Shown: positions 62,351 to 64,000 of the stretch, one piece after another
How positions within the stretch are numbered: position 1 is the stretch's first letter
Layout of the letters: each line of letters opens with the position of its first letter
NCBI RefSeq assembly: GCF_018350175.1
Contig: NC_058368.1
Coordinates: forward strand, 235,912,001 to 235,976,000
Origin: Felis catus
Taxonomy: Eukaryota
Direction: 5' to 3'
Length of the DNA stretch: 64,000 nt
Position numbers and translations under genes: made by a program
Notes under the pieces: generated by a model
Told to the model about the DNA's origin: nothing
Database searches by the model: none
The model's input: only the letters and a program-made list of their open reading frames with translations

Positions 62351-64000
62351 AAATAAATGGCTTCGGAGAAGGATTTAGCATTTTCTTGGCAGATGTGCTT
62401 GGCGTACTTAATATTATTTCAGTCATTCTTATGAATCTTAACTAATTCTGGTATCCCCAGGAGTAACCATTTAGAATAAATAATTTGTCCTTCCTTTGTA
62501 TCTGAACCAACACTAGTCTCTGGCCCCCTCGGGGAAGGGGCCGGTATCTGACTTCACCCCTTCATGTTCCAGGTTTCCTACTACGCCTGGCACGTGGAAG
62601 GCATTCAATAAACAGATGTTTAATTAATTTCACATTGTTTGGGGGTGACAATTTGCAAGGAAAAAGGAAAGGAGAGATTGTCCTTTAAATGGAGCGCGTT
62701 TTGGCCACGTTTGCCTGCAGTTTAGAAAAGCGAGGTATCTTCTTTTCCACTATATCACTCAGCCAATTAATCAACACTTGAATGAATCCCAAGACAGACC
62801 CTTCGTTTTGTCTACTTATTAACTTTCATTATGTGCAATAGCTAAAGTGTAATTGTGAACGGGATGGATTATGCCGTAAACTTTTTTCCTATTACACCAT
62901 TCCTTCACAAATCCCCTTATTAAAGTGTACCAAGGGTGATATATTATGTTAAGAAGGTTTAAAACATAAGGTGACAATGACCTTCCCTTTAATTAACTAT
63001 GATGGAAACAAAGGTGGGCCCGATGATGATAGAGCGCGGCGGAAAACCATAAATCACCCTCCACACGGGAAGACAGGACACAGCTACAAAAATAACCTTG
63101 CGCTTCCCAGGTGAAGCGAGTGTTCCAGTGCACTGCTTGCACTATTATTTATTTACGCATAACTCCGTGGTGTCACGGGCGCAAGAGGGGGCTCAGGAAA
63201 CCCGAAAACGGAAGCCTGGCCGCCGCCTGCTGAGATCAGATTTCTGAAGCACTGAGGCTATCCTGTTCAAAAATGTCGACATCACCAAGTATCAGATACT
63301 TGGTACTGGTTTCATTATTATCAGCGAGGCACACGTTACCTATAGCCAAATACACAGATCTTCGGGGTTCGGGTCGATGAGCTTTGACCATTGCACACGG
63401 TGGAGCAATCGTCATCAGCATAGGACATACGACGGCTGCATCACCCAGAACGTTCCCTGGTGCCCTTTCCAGTCAACGCTCCCTTCCGGTATCACTATTC
63501 TGAATTTTACTAGCGTACCTTAATCTCGCCCATTCTTTGATTTCACAAAGATTGAATCACACCGTGTGCGATTAAAGTTTTTTCTTTATTTAGGCACCTT
63601 CTACTCTAATTTCTACACGTGTCTCCTCTTCTCCTCCCTCCCTTCCTTTTCTCCCTTCTCCTCCTGTTCTCCTTGTTCTTCGCTGGATACAGTGTGGCCT
63701 GGGACTGGAGCCTGGCCTCGCTTCCTCCTCCAGGGCTCTGCTTTTGCTCCCAGCGCCGGGAAGGCCCGCCTGCCTTTAGGAACAGTGGTTCTGGCCAGGT
63801 GTGTGTTTGGATCCCGGGCACTTTACCAGAGGAAACTATCCACGGTAACTTGATCGGGCGTCATGCTTCGCTGCCACCTCCCTCACCCTCCGTCCCCCAG
63901 ATCAGCTCCACATTTCCCTCCGCGTGTGAAGCGACAGGAGTTTCATCTCGGCCACATAGGTATGTCTAGTCTCAGACTAACGGGGTCATTTCGTCCCTTC

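Noticed and set aside
1..64000. Assignment of a host gene or named locus
   Set aside because: No coding exon was recognised; a genome alignment is required.

Overview
This is eukaryotic, mammalian non-coding DNA, almost certainly from a cat (Felidae). It carries about 30 tRNA-derived CAN-SINEs, and six of them are near-identical young copies of the feline SINEC_Fc type. Decayed L1, L2, MIR, MaLR/ERVL LTR and hAT (Charlie1, MER20) relics and many microsatellites fill much of the rest. I cannot support any protein-coding gene, structural RNA gene or prokaryote-type system. The ORF track consists of chance ORFs, most of them inside repeats. The window looks like a gene desert or a very large intron, with several repeat-free, homeobox-motif-rich blocks that could be enhancers. 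I could not identify the locus. The most unusual signal is a frameshifted Ty3/Gypsy reverse-transcriptase fossil at about 49.06-49.57 kb. Other notable structures are nested and inverted SINE insertions with intact target-site duplications (TSDs), a palindromic triple E-box cassette, an LTR-SINE fusion and two candidate non-coding exons. I do not see a new biological system. Repeat family names come from my recollection of consensus sequences, not from a database search, and the boundaries of old repeats are approximate.
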